Origin: an uncultured virus (IMG/VR IMGVR_UViG_3300044970_001083)
Taxonomy: Duplodnaviria; Heunggongvirae; Uroviricota; Caudoviricetes
Virus record (IMG/VR): IMGVR_UViG_3300044970_001083
DNA length: 64,000 nucleotides
Direction: 5' to 3' (one strand)
The position numbers and the translations under genes were made by a program. Positions within the stretch are counted from its first letter, which is position 1, and each line of letters opens with the position of its first letter. Under the pieces are notes generated by a model that did no database searches, was not told the DNA's origin, and was given only the letters and a program-made list of their open reading frames with translations. Shown here in pieces: positions 1-8,926 of this stretch.

Positions 1-1
1 A

Positions 2-229
2 CATATTGAACACCAAGAAAAGATTAACTACATAAAACTTGCTTATGAAAAATTAAAAGTTGATGGTGTTTTATTCTTTCAGTTTGTTGTTGGGGAAGAG
101 AACTCTCCATACTCTTATCAAACATCAAGGTTTGAAATTGAAAAAATGCTGAGTAGTGTAGGATTTAAAAACTTAATCTTTACAGATCATATGCATCCTG
201 AGTGGATGTTTGTTAGGGCTACAAAATGA
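2..229 (+). CDS. Partial (3' end) class I SAM-dependent methyltransferase
   Basis: Not in the ORF track. Open frame from the window edge: HIEHQEKINYIKLAYEKLKVDGVLFFQF...EIEKMLSSVGF...ATK*. Resembles the 'LKPGG' region of methyltransferases. ATGA overlap with the next gene. Confidence 0.6.
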   Translation, partial: HIEHQEKINYIKLAYEKLKVDGVLFFQFVVGEENSPYSYQTSRFEIEKMLSSVGFKNLIFTDHMHPEWMFVRATK

Positions 230-1074
230 CTAATGCATACATATATTCTATTGATCCGCTTGATGCTGCGGATGGCAAATGGGACTATGGATTACTTAAA
301 GAAACATTTGAAAAAAATAATGTTAGTCAGATAGTTGTAAAAGAAATACCAAAAGCAGATCGTGGGTTTGTTGTTATTCCTGGACAAGGAAATGCTGGTA
401 AAGAAAAAGAAATATCAAACCAATTAAAAAACCTTGATAGAGTTGTCTTGTTTATAACTGGCGATGAAAGCGCTCAATTTAATGTAGACAAAATTAGTCA
501 CTCTAATATTTCTATTTGGGTTCAATACCCACATCAAAAACATGAACAATACAATAGATTTTTTATTGGTCCGCCGCAGCACTTGAAGTCTAACTTGCCT
601 GATTATCCTGTTAAAGAATATGATATTTATTTTGGTGGACAAATAACCCATCAGCGTAGACAACAGTTAGCAGAAGTCATGCCAAGTCTACCAAATGCCC
701 TCTATAGGCCCACAGAAGGCTTTGCCCAGGGAGAACAGCCTAAAGACTACTACCGCACTCTATCAAAGGCTAGAGTTGTTCCAGCCCCTGCTGGTGCCCA
801 GGTTATAGACACCTTTAGATTCTTTGAGGCTATTGAAATGTTGGCTTTGCCTGTTGGTGATCGTGTTGACTCTAAAGGTAAAATGATTGATTATTTTAAT
901 TATGTTTACCCTGCAGGAATTCCAATTGAAAAAGTTAAAAACTGGAACCAACTGCAAGAAATGCTTCCTAATCTTATTAATAATTATCCAAACAATATGC
1001 ATCAAGTTGTTTGTTGGTGGATTAAATATAAAAGAGATTTTTCTATTAAAATAATGAGGGATTTGTATGAATAA
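226..1074 (+). CDS. Exostosin/GT47-like glycosyltransferase
   Basis: YDIYFGGQ...RR, Y..L..ARVVPAPAG...DTFRFFEAIE..ALPV pattern typical of GT47. Confidence 0.6.
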   Translation: MTNAYIYSIDPLDAADGKWDYGLLKETFEKNNVSQIVVKEIPKADRGFVVIPGQGNAGKEKEISNQLKNLDRVVLFITGDESAQFNVDKISHSNISIWVQYPHQKHEQYNRFFIGPPQHLKSNLPDYPVKEYDIYFGGQITHQRRQQLAEVMPSLPNALYRPTEGFAQGEQPKDYYRTLSKARVVPAPAGAQVIDTFRFFEAIEMLALPVGDRVDSKGKMIDYFNYVYPAGIPIEKVKNWNQLQEMLPNLINNYPNNMHQVVCWWIKYKRDFSIKIMRDLYE

Positions 1075-1828
1075 AAATGATGTAACTATTATTGTTGTTA
1101 CTTCTGTTCTGCCAAGTCACCCAGATACGGAAATAATTGATGAGACAATTTCTACCATTAGGGCACACTTTCCTGACAATGAAATTATATTGCAGATGGA
1201 TGGTTTACGTGAAGAGCGCTTATCTCGTAAAAAAGATTACGATGAATACAAAAATAAAGTTTTGTGGAAATGTTTGCATGAATGGAAAAATGTTTTGCCA
1301 ATAATTTTTGATGAGCACAGCCACCAAACAACAATGATGGAAAAAACAATTGATATTATTAATACTTCTGTAATTCTTTATATTGAGGGAGATGCTCCAA
1401 TTACTCCTGACTGTGAAATTGATTGGCAAAAATGCTTAGACATGATTGAATATGAAAAGGCTAATACTATTAGGTTTCACTTTGAAGCATTAATACCAGA
1501 GCCACACAAACATTTAATGTTTGGAATTGAAGATGGTTTTATGAAAACTGCTCAGTGGAGTCAAAGACCACACCTAAGTACAGTTAAATATTATAGAGAT
1601 GTTATTCTTCCTTTCTCTGAAGATAAAACTTTTATTGAAGATAGGTTTCATGGTAAGGTTCAAGACGATATTTTGCCTTACGGAGAATTTGATCAAGTAG
1701 GCTGGAACAAACATAAACTTTGGATCTATCATCCAGAAGGAAGCATCAAACGATCTTACCATTTAGATGGTCGCCAAGGTACACAAAAATTTACGGTAGA
1801 TGATGAAGCCTGGGGATATAAAGAATGA
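1067..1828 (+). CDS. GT-A fold (GT2-like) glycosyltransferase
   Basis: VTIIVVTS..., IILQMDG, YIEGD (DxD-like) motif; lies in the GT cluster. Confidence 0.6.
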   Translation: MNKNDVTIIVVTSVLPSHPDTEIIDETISTIRAHFPDNEIILQMDGLREERLSRKKDYDEYKNKVLWKCLHEWKNVLPIIFDEHSHQTTMMEKTIDIINTSVILYIEGDAPITPDCEIDWQKCLDMIEYEKANTIRFHFEALIPEPHKHLMFGIEDGFMKTAQWSQRPHLSTVKYYRDVILPFSEDKTFIEDRFHGKVQDDILPYGEFDQVGWNKHKLWIYHPEGSIKRSYHLDGRQGTQKFTVDDEAWGYKE

Positions 1829-2871
1829 GACTAGGAATCATTGCAAGATCAGATAATACTGGATTAGGTAATCAAACAAGAAACCTTGTCAACATGCTTA
1901 ATCCAGACAAGATACTTCTAATTGATTCAACATATTTTAATGAAAATAAACAACATCCTGAATGGTATTCTGGCTATGATTGCATAACCACAAGCAGGGG
2001 GTTTGCTACCAGAGAAGAGATTATTCGTTTCCTTGATGGCATTGATGTTGTACTAACCTGTGAGTCTTTTTACAGCAGCATTTTTCTTAGTCTTGCCGAT
2101 AAAAGAAAAGTAAAGACAATCTTACAATATAACTATGAATTTTTAGACTTAGTGGTTGACCCAAACCAAAGAATGCCGAGCATGCTTTTATCTCCAAGTG
2201 TTTGGAATATTGAACAGGTAGAGAAGGTATTGGGTGGTTTAACTAAGGTAGTTTATCTTCCTCCTCCTATTGATCCCGTTGCATTTTCATCACAAAGAGA
2301 AACTAATATGTCCAAAACACATAATAAGATTCTTCATATTGCTGGTAAGTTTGCCTCTAAAGATAGAAACGGCACTAGCACGGTCATTGATATGCTTAAA
2401 TATTCAAGCGCTGATTATGAATTAGTGATAAAAAGCCAGACTCCTATTGAGACTGACTGCAATGATTCTAGATTAACTATTGATGTTTCAAATACAGAAA
2501 ACCATGCAGACCTCTACGCTGGATATGACGCAATGGTTCTTCCTAGACGATATGCTGGTCTCTGCTTACCTATGAATGAGGCTCTTATGAGTGCCCTGCC
2601 AGTTTTCATGACCGATATATCTCCAAATAATTTTATACTTCCAGCAGAATGGTTAATAGAATCAGAAAAGATTGATAGGCTTCTAACTAGAATGACTCTT
2701 GATGTTTACGGGGCAGATCCTAGGAAACTTGCAACACGGATTGATGATTATGTTAATAACATAGACAAAGAAAAAGAAAAGAAAAAAGCATACGACATAG
2801 GCATGCAAAATTTTTATATTGATACGCTTAAAGATAAATACTTAGGCGTGATCAATGATGTATTCGGTTGA
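1825..2871 (+). CDS. GT-B fold (GT4-like) glycosyltransferase
   Basis: N-terminal TGLG; C-terminal DAMVLPRRYAGLCLPMNEALMSALPVFMTD donor-binding motif. Confidence 0.75.
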   Translation: MRLGIIARSDNTGLGNQTRNLVNMLNPDKILLIDSTYFNENKQHPEWYSGYDCITTSRGFATREEIIRFLDGIDVVLTCESFYSSIFLSLADKRKVKTILQYNYEFLDLVVDPNQRMPSMLLSPSVWNIEQVEKVLGGLTKVVYLPPPIDPVAFSSQRETNMSKTHNKILHIAGKFASKDRNGTSTVIDMLKYSSADYELVIKSQTPIETDCNDSRLTIDVSNTENHADLYAGYDAMVLPRRYAGLCLPMNEALMSALPVFMTDISPNNFILPAEWLIESEKIDRLLTRMTLDVYGADPRKLATRIDDYVNNIDKEKEKKKAYDIGMQNFYIDTLKDKYLGVINDVFG

Positions 2872-3549
2872 AAAATTACGTTTTAATTCAATAAGATTAA
2901 CAAAAGTTGCTTTATCATCTTTAATAAATTGAATCTGAGTGTCTAATAGAGTTATCTTGTAATCTGTAAACTTTAATATATAATGCGAGAACCAAAGATC
3001 ATCAATGATGTGATACTCTTCTGGACATTGAAACAGTTTATCTTCTAAAAATATCTTAGACGAACAGATTAAACCACCAGTTCCAGCATAGTTCCCTATT
3101 TCTCTTGGTCTTAGTCTAACCTTTTTCCAGTAGTCTTTTTCAAATTTATGAGCATAGAAAGATTTTACATACTTTTCATCATATTGAGTGTGGCAGTCTT
3201 GAATAAAAGAATTAGGCAAAACTTCATCATCATCAACAAAAATTATCTTTTCATATCCTTGTTCTGCCAATTCTTTAGCAAGATAAAACCTTGCAAACTG
3301 TTTATATTTATTTTCATAATTTTTTATAAAGACGTTAACTCCAAGATTTTCTCCATACTTTTTAAAGTATCCAGTTAACTTAAAATCTTGGTCAACTGCA
3401 TTATTTACAATATAAAAATCAAAATCTTTGTTATTCTGTAATTGTATCTTTTGCAACAATTTAGGCATGTTTGTAAGTCTAATGTACGTGCACATAATTA
3501 ATGCAGTGTTAGACTTTGGTTTAATTTTATCTTGATATATATATGTCAT
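2842..3549 (-). CDS. GT2-like glycosyltransferase
   Basis: ALIMCTYIR, FYIVNN, IIFVDDD (DxD), DDLWFS; convergent, 30-bp overlap with the previous gene. Confidence 0.7.
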   Translation of the reverse strand: MTYIYQDKIKPKSNTALIMCTYIRLTNMPKLLQKIQLQNNKDFDFYIVNNAVDQDFKLTGYFKKYGENLGVNVFIKNYENKYKQFARFYLAKELAEQGYEKIIFVDDDEVLPNSFIQDCHTQYDEKYVKSFYAHKFEKDYWKKVRLRPREIGNYAGTGGLICSSKIFLEDKLFQCPEEYHIIDDLWFSHYILKFTDYKITLLDTQIQFIKDDKATFVNLIELKRNFSTEYIIDHA

Positions 3550-3554
3550 AGGAT

Positions 3555-3593
3555 AAAAGAAAGAGAGGGATAGGCCAGATAGACATATCCCTC
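3555..3593 (-). terminator. Intrinsic terminator
   Basis: GAGGGATA/TATCCCTC stem followed by TCTTTCTTTT on the minus strand. Confidence 0.6.
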
Positions 3594-3602
3594 CCTAAAG
3601 AA

Positions 3603-3872
3603 TTACTTCTTTGGTGCTGCCTTCTTAGCAGCCTTCTTTACAGGTGCCTTTGCAGTCTTTAGAGCCTTCTCTACTTCCTTAGCATCTGGCAATACGCCAA
3701 ACGCCTTGTCATTAGGGTTGATTGCTCTGATTGCAACGGGTGCAACTGCAGCCACTAGTGCTGTCCATAGATCCTTTGGATCTGTTACGCCAGCCATGTA
3801 GAGTGCTAGACCTGATGCAAGTACTGAGCGACCATATGATGCTAGTAGTGCCTTTAGTTGTTCTGTATTCAT
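3603..3872 (-). CDS. Small membrane protein (holin-like) with Lys/Ala-rich tail
   Basis: Two hydrophobic segments; C-terminal KAPVKKAAKKAAPKK; SD AGGAGG. Confidence 0.5.
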   Translation of the reverse strand: MNTEQLKALLASYGRSVLASGLALYMAGVTDPKDLWTALVAAVAPVAIRAINPNDKAFGVLPDAKEVEKALKTAKAPVKKAAKKAAPKK

Positions 3873-3882
3873 TTTATTCCTC

Positions 3883-4041
3883 CTAGGATATAACTCGTGT
3901 TAGTAATGTAAAGCCGATCCACAGACCAATAATTCCTGCGACTCCCGCAAAAACTGGTGGTGCTGGTACTGGCAATTTGAATGCTGCGAACACGACACCG
4001 CATCCAAAACCTGTTAGTATAGATAGTATAACATCTTTCAT
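3883..4041 (-). CDS. XapX/DUF1427-like small membrane protein (52 aa)
   Basis: Not in the ORF track. MKDVILSILTGFGCGVVFAAFKLPVPAPPVFAGVAGIIGLWIGFTLLTRVIS, with the PxPAPP signature between two TM helices. Confidence 0.75.
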   Translation of the reverse strand: MKDVILSILTGFGCGVVFAAFKLPVPAPPVFAGVAGIIGLWIGFTLLTRVIS

Positions 4042-4042
4042 T

Positions 4043-4732
4043 CTATGAATACTCTTTTCTTTTCCATATATTTTTTTTATAATAGCCTGAAATTACAGCA
4101 CTTATTTTTCTTTGTAAAATCGTAGACTCTCTTAGTAGATTTTTATTTTCTTTTACTTTCCAATTTTCTCTTTTAAAAGGAATAATTTGCATTATCGGAG
4201 TTCCTGCAGGAATAATTCCCTCAAAACCATCTTTAATAAAAAATGGATAATTCCCTGGACCCATAGTTGCAACCTCGTTATCCACAATTGCAGACAATCC
4301 AAAAAATGGCAAATCATTTCTATTTAGTGGGTGAGTTATAAGGCAACTATATCCAGTAGGAACTTGAATTGTATATGGAAATCTCCAAGCAAACTGAGTT
4401 GGACTACACCCCATAGGTATTGGTAAATTAATATTACTGCCAGATTCACGAGCAAGCACAGGGTCTGGACCAGAGGCCCAAGTAACAACAGGAAAATTAT
4501 TTTGTTGTCTTACACGAATATCTGTCCAAAGTTCAATAGTATAACCAGAAGTCATTGCATCTAAAAATGGAATGCAAGTTTTAAAAGATTTACTTATATC
4601 ATAAGACTTTTTAAGTGGATCTTTTCCATTCCACATATCTTGATCTTTATACCATTGCGGAATTTTAGACTTTATTGTATTTAAGTCTGGCAACCATTCT
4701 TCAAACTTTCCAAACTCTATATTTTTTTTCAT
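4043..4732 (-). CDS. DUF6065-like accessory protein
   Basis: KTCIPFLDAMTSGY...PTGYSCLITHPLNR...IPAGTPIMQIIPFKRE. Confidence 0.5.
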   Translation of the reverse strand: MKKNIEFGKFEEWLPDLNTIKSKIPQWYKDQDMWNGKDPLKKSYDISKSFKTCIPFLDAMTSGYTIELWTDIRVRQQNNFPVVTWASGPDPVLARESGSNINLPIPMGCSPTQFAWRFPYTIQVPTGYSCLITHPLNRNDLPFFGLSAIVDNEVATMGPGNYPFFIKDGFEGIIPAGTPIMQIIPFKRENWKVKENKNLLRESTILQRKISAVISGYYKKNIWKRKEYS

Positions 4733-5145
4733 AATGAATCTTCTTTCGGCAAAAACTTTTTTAATTTTTCATACTCTTCTACAATTTTTTTCATTGAGTG
4801 ATAATTCGGCATCATTGCACCCACTGCCCCATACTCTTTAAAGTAGTTAACTTCAGGCTCAACTTCACTTATGAAGTTATTTATTCCTAACTGCACATCT
4901 TCAATGTACTGGTACGCCCAGTCACGAGAATCTGAAATAAATTTAATAAAGTTTTCTTTATGAACGCTATCATCTAGTTTAATTTTAGATTCTTCAACTT
5001 CATCTACTAACTTTTCAAGAATCATCATGTCAATAAATAATTTCTGATATTGTGTACGAACTTTGCTAAAGTTATAAAAAAGAACTAAATAGGCAAAACT
5101 CAAAGAAAACAAACATGATGAAAGAATGACAACACTGATGCTCAT
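4729..5145 (-). CDS. Membrane-anchored hypothetical protein
   Basis: Start moved to MSISVV (ATGA overlap with the upstream small ORF); N-terminal TM helix. Confidence 0.6.
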   Translation of the reverse strand: MSISVVILSSCLFSLSFAYLVLFYNFSKVRTQYQKLFIDMMILEKLVDEVEESKIKLDDSVHKENFIKFISDSRDWAYQYIEDVQLGINNFISEVEPEVNYFKEYGAVGAMMPNYHSMKKIVEEYEKLKKFLPKEDSL

Positions 5146-5297
5146 AATGTCACCGTTACTCCGCAGACTGAGCAGCCACTGTAAGATTTGCCAGTAAAAG
5201 GACAAGAAACTTTTTCTTCAAGCCTGTGTCCATTTTTTTTACACCTTATAGATCCAAACATTAATCTGATCATCAGCATTGGTTTTATTTTATTCAC
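5142..5297 (-). CDS. Small Cys/His zinc-binding protein (51 aa)
   Basis: Not in the ORF track. ...RCKKNGH...CPFTGKSYSGCSVCG...; fills the gap with overlaps at both ends. Confidence 0.6.
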   Translation of the reverse strand: MNKIKPMLMIRLMFGSIRCKKNGHRLEEKVSCPFTGKSYSGCSVCGVTVTL

Positions 5298-6861
5298 TGT
5301 GGTACTTCCTTTTTATATATTCGTAGGATGTTTCTGATCCAAGCGCTTGGCTGTCCCAATTTTTTTTATTATTATCTAACTTTTTAAAAATATCTTCTAT
5401 TTTTTGTGAGTCTTGCGGCCCTTGCATAATGTCCAAAAGCGTCAAAGAAATTTTATCAACTAAAAAGTAGTTCATTCCAACACTGATCCAACTATTTCCT
5501 CCCCGTTGGGGCATTGTTCTGTTTCCAACTCTAAATCCTAGATCCGCTACCGTGTTTAAGTGGCTAAGTTCACTCATGCTGTTTGGATCATTAAAGTATG
5601 ACCTATTAAAATTATTTTTCCAGTATTCCGAATCATCTCTTAAACTTAAAGCATAATGTAATCTAATAAACTCTACAAAATTATCATATATTTTTTTTAT
5701 ATGTTTATTATATACGTCTCTGTCCCACTGTGAAATTTTATCTCTTTTTAATGATTTAACCAAGCAAAATAAAAATTCATGAACAGTAAACAGGCCATTG
5801 CTCTCTAAAGGCTCAATAAATCCCGCAGAAAGTCCAATTGCTACAACATTTTTTACCCATGTGCGCTTATGAATTCCAACTCTCATTTTTATATTTCTAA
5901 ACTCTAAAGATTCAACGTCCTCTTGTGTTCTTGGAATTTTTAACTCCGAAGTTAAATAATTTTTAAATTCTTTAAGTGCTTCTTCATCAGTAGTATACTT
6001 GTCGGAGTACACATACCCTGAACCTAATCTAGAAAACAAAGGAATATTCCAGCACCATCCATTTTTTAACGCAGTACACCTAGTCACATTTTCAACTTCA
6101 ATGTCTGGATCTTTATATTGTATTTGTGTTGCCCACGCTTTTGTGTTTGGAAGAATATCAGTATAAGATATAAACTCTTCTTTTAATGTTTTGTCTAGCA
6201 ACAAACTTTTAAATCCAGTGCAGTCAACAAAAAGATCAGCCTCAATTGTTCTTCCGTCAGATAAAAATAATTTATCTATTCCGTCTTCGTTTGTTGTGAT
6301 ATTGTCTATTGTCCCAATGATGTGTTTGACGTTTTTTGGCAAACAGTATTTATTTTTTAGCCATTCTGCAAATTTTATTGCATCAAAATGCAATGCAGTG
6401 TTTAATTCTTGAGAAAAGGTTCCATAATAATTGTTATCAGAAAGTCTGTTATGCTTGACCAAATGCGCTGCAGGGAAATAAGATTCAGCAAAATCAGTCA
6501 CAGGAATTGTTTTGTTTATGCTTTTCCGTAGCATCCAGTCATCCAGTGATGATTCTCTTCCAGAAAAAACTGGTGCTCCAAAAGGGTATATAAAGTCTGG
6601 CTCACCAGATTCTTTATAAAAATTTCTAAACTGAATTGCAAGTTTTACTGTTGCATTAGTATAGTTAAAAAATGATTCTCTATCAATGCCAAGATACTCA
6701 AGATAATGATTAATTCCATCATATGTGCTTTCACCAACGCCAATTTTAGGTATTTCGTCACTTTCAAGCAATGAAATATTTTTTTCAGGAAAACTTTTTA
6801 TCAGGATGGCGGCTGTCATCCAGCCAGAAGACCCTCCTCCAACTACAACAATATCTTTCAC
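5290..6861 (-). CDS. prnA: Flavin-dependent (tryptophan-type) halogenase
   Basis: GGGSSG FAD motif, GVGEST, catalytic-Lys region ATVKLAI, DCTGF, WCWNIP (WxWxIP), FIEPLESNG. Confidence 0.9.
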   Translation of the reverse strand: MKDIVVVGGGSSGWMTAAILIKSFPEKNISLLESDEIPKIGVGESTYDGINHYLEYLGIDRESFFNYTNATVKLAIQFRNFYKESGEPDFIYPFGAPVFSGRESSLDDWMLRKSINKTIPVTDFAESYFPAAHLVKHNRLSDNNYYGTFSQELNTALHFDAIKFAEWLKNKYCLPKNVKHIIGTIDNITTNEDGIDKLFLSDGRTIEADLFVDCTGFKSLLLDKTLKEEFISYTDILPNTKAWATQIQYKDPDIEVENVTRCTALKNGWCWNIPLFSRLGSGYVYSDKYTTDEEALKEFKNYLTSELKIPRTQEDVESLEFRNIKMRVGIHKRTWVKNVVAIGLSAGFIEPLESNGLFTVHEFLFCLVKSLKRDKISQWDRDVYNKHIKKIYDNFVEFIRLHYALSLRDDSEYWKNNFNRSYFNDPNSMSELSHLNTVADLGFRVGNRTMPQRGGNSWISVGMNYFLVDKISLTLLDIMQGPQDSQKIEDIFKKLDNNKKNWDSQALGSETSYEYIKRKYHSE

Positions 6862-7088
6862 TTTAGTATCTCCCTTGTTACCAAAACAATAGCACCATTT
6901 TCTTCAAGTGCTTTTTTTACCTTTGCCACATACTGCACTGCTTCTATTTTTTGATCATGGAACATATTAATAAAATCTTTTTCGTTAAGTTTGATAGTCA
7001 AAAAATTATCATTGTCAATAATATTAACCCCAAAATTTTTTGGAGCAATGATTGAATGTACTGCTGTACGCATTTGGTCTGTATACAT
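6858..7088 (-). CDS. Hypothetical protein
   Basis: Operon-packed ORF. Confidence 0.6.
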   Translation of the reverse strand: MYTDQMRTAVHSIIAPKNFGVNIIDNDNFLTIKLNEKDFINMFHDQKIEAVQYVAKVKKALEENGAIVLVTREILK

Positions 7089-7387
7089 TAAGCGATATCT
7101 CCCGCAACATAATTAAAAAGGTCTTCAAGGCATGTAAAGCCAACGTCTTCGCTAATTTCAAGAGACTTTAACAAAATTTCCCAAGTTTCCTCAATATATT
7201 TTTTAGCAATTTCTGTTGGTGTTACTAACTCTGATTCAATTAAGAATGCAAGAGGTAGCCCCAAATCATTGTAAGATACAAAACTTTCAAATTTTCTTTC
7301 TTCTTTATGATTTATCCATAGTTCAGATAAAATTGAGCACACATCCTCAAAAGATGTTAGTTCGTTTCCATCGTCAGAGATTGCCAT
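7088..7387 (-). CDS. Hypothetical acidic protein
   Basis: Operon-packed ORF. Confidence 0.6.
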   Translation of the reverse strand: MAISDDGNELTSFEDVCSILSELWINHKEERKFESFVSYNDLGLPLAFLIESELVTPTEIAKKYIEETWEILLKSLEISEDVGFTCLEDLFNYVAGDIA

Positions 7388-7644
7388 ATCTTACCCCACT
7401 GATCTTTAGTTTTGTGCTTATTAAACTCTCTTGAAACTTCTCCACCCTCTAAGTATACACCACCCCAAACACCCCACTCTTTGCCAGAAACTCCGTTAGC
7501 AAAACAAGTTTTTGATAGTGGACAAGAAATACATAGATTATCTACATTAGATCTTAGTTCAATATCATCTTCATATTTTTCAAAATATAAATTTGTGTCT
7601 AACCCAAGGCACTTGGCCCCATCTTTCCATAAATGCTGTTTCAA
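7357..7644 (-). CDS. whiB: WhiB-family Fe-S transcription factor
   Basis: Four conserved Cys (AKC...CISCP...C) and GVWGG. Confidence 0.9.
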   Translation of the reverse strand: MKQHLWKDGAKCLGLDTNLYFEKYEDDIELRSNVDNLCISCPLSKTCFANGVSGKEWGVWGGVYLEGGEVSREFNKHKTKDQWGKIWQSLTMETN

Positions 7645-7647
7645 AGG

Positions 7648-7857
7648 CTACTCCTTATACTTATTTGGAATATCCCAGCCGACTCTTTCAGCAGTATAAA
7701 CTTTTTTGAGGTACCACACACCCTTAATTCTTACACCGTCAACTGAAGTTCTTCCAATGTCTGATCTTTTAAGATCAAGAACATTCCAGCCGTCCCAGCA
7801 AAGATTTCGGTTTTTTCTTACAATTGATTCCATTACTTCTAATTTAGTTACAATCAT
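7648..7857 (-). CDS. Hypothetical protein
   Basis: Operon-packed ORF, LCWDGWNV. Confidence 0.6.
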   Translation of the reverse strand: MIVTKLEVMESIVRKNRNLCWDGWNVLDLKRSDIGRTSVDGVRIKGVWYLKKVYTAERVGWDIPNKYKE

Positions 7858-7867
7858 TTTTTATCCT

Positions 7868-8230
7868 TTAATACCTATAAATTCCGACTTCAATATTTTT
7901 GAGTTCGGCTAACCCTACTAACTTTGACAATTCTTCTTTTGGCTTGCTTAAAAATGCAAGATAATTAAAAAAATCTAAATTTTCTTCAATGTATGAGGGA
8001 GGAACTTTAAAGAACTTAATCTTCTTTCCTCTAGCCTTCATTCCTCTTTCCGATAAATTTGTAAACTCAGAAACCATAGAGTTAGTTTTTGCTGCTCCTG
8101 CAGAGTAGATCAAAAACTCTTTGTCTTCATCCTTCATTGTTGACATAGCAACTGCCATGGCACGTAAGAAGACCTGATAATCATCAAAGTCCTTTGTCCC
8201 CTGTACTGCTACTATCATTGTCTCTTCCAT
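7868..8230 (-). CDS. SLOG/YspA-like (DUF2493-like) protein
   Basis: IVAVQGTKDFDDY...IYSAGA resembles the YspA-SLOG N-terminus. Confidence 0.45.
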   Translation of the reverse strand: MEETMIVAVQGTKDFDDYQVFLRAMAVAMSTMKDEDKEFLIYSAGAAKTNSMVSEFTNLSERGMKARGKKIKFFKVPPSYIEENLDFFNYLAFLSKPKEELSKLVGLAELKNIEVGIYRY

Positions 8231-8609
8231 TCTTTAGGTTGTCTAATATGAACAACATCTTGTCAATATCTTTTTTTGACATATTGTTTGTGTCAATAGG
8301 TTCAGTAGTGTCTATATTGACATTACCGCCAATTGCATCGGCACAATAAAATATGTTATTGTTAACCCAATACGCTTTATCCTCTATAAAAATAACCTTT
8401 ACAGTGTTTTTCTCAATATGTGTTAATGACTGAGACTGTTGTCTTGGTTTTTCATATAGAGTTTTTGGAAGAAAGTCTTTTATCATTAAGTGTATGCTAC
8501 TTTGACTGTACCTAATACCCTTAAAAACTTTAAATTTTCTTCCTCTATAAATTATATAAGAAGTAAAGCAGAATGTCAAGCCTATGGCGACAAAATACTT
8601 TAAACTCAT
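8184..8609 (-). CDS. Hypothetical protein with N-terminal TM helix
   Basis: Hydrophobic N-terminus. Confidence 0.6.
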   Translation of the reverse strand: MSLKYFVAIGLTFCFTSYIIYRGRKFKVFKGIRYSQSSIHLMIKDFLPKTLYEKPRQQSQSLTHIEKNTVKVIFIEDKAYWVNNNIFYCADAIGGNVNIDTTEPIDTNNMSKKDIDKMLFILDNLKNGRDNDSSSTGDKGL

Positions 8610-8614
8610 GCTAA

Positions 8615-8773
8615 TTATTCAGACTTTTTATTTTTTACAACTGCTTGATCTTGAACTGGAGGAACTCTATTCATAATAAGTTGTCCCTTTAAAATTTCAT
8701 ACTCAAGATCTGAAGTCTTTTGCTTATAAAAGACAACAAGTTGCTTTAACTCTTCTAAAGTTAGTTCATTCAT
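8615..8773 (-). CDS. Small coiled-coil protein (52 aa)
   Basis: Not in the ORF track. MNELTLEELKQLVVFYKQKTSDLEYEILKGQL...; SD AAGGGG. Confidence 0.6.
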   Translation of the reverse strand: MNELTLEELKQLVVFYKQKTSDLEYEILKGQLIMNRVPPVQDQAVVKNKKSE

Positions 8774-8793
8774 ATTTTACCCCTTTGATTTTT

Positions 8794-8925
8794 TTATTTC
8801 TGTTTTGTATGTTTTACTTCGTAATTACCAAGAATAGACTTAATAGTTCCATTTTTATTCATACGAACGATCTTGCCATCTTTAATTTGTGTGGCATTAA
8901 ATGATTGTGATTTTTTCTTTGGCAT
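8794..8925 (-). CDS. Small basic protein (43 aa)
   Basis: Not in the ORF track. MPKKKSQSFNATQIKDGKIVRMNKNGTIKSILGNYEVKHTKQK. Confidence 0.55.
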   Translation of the reverse strand: MPKKKSQSFNATQIKDGKIVRMNKNGTIKSILGNYEVKHTKQK

Positions 8926-8926
8926 A

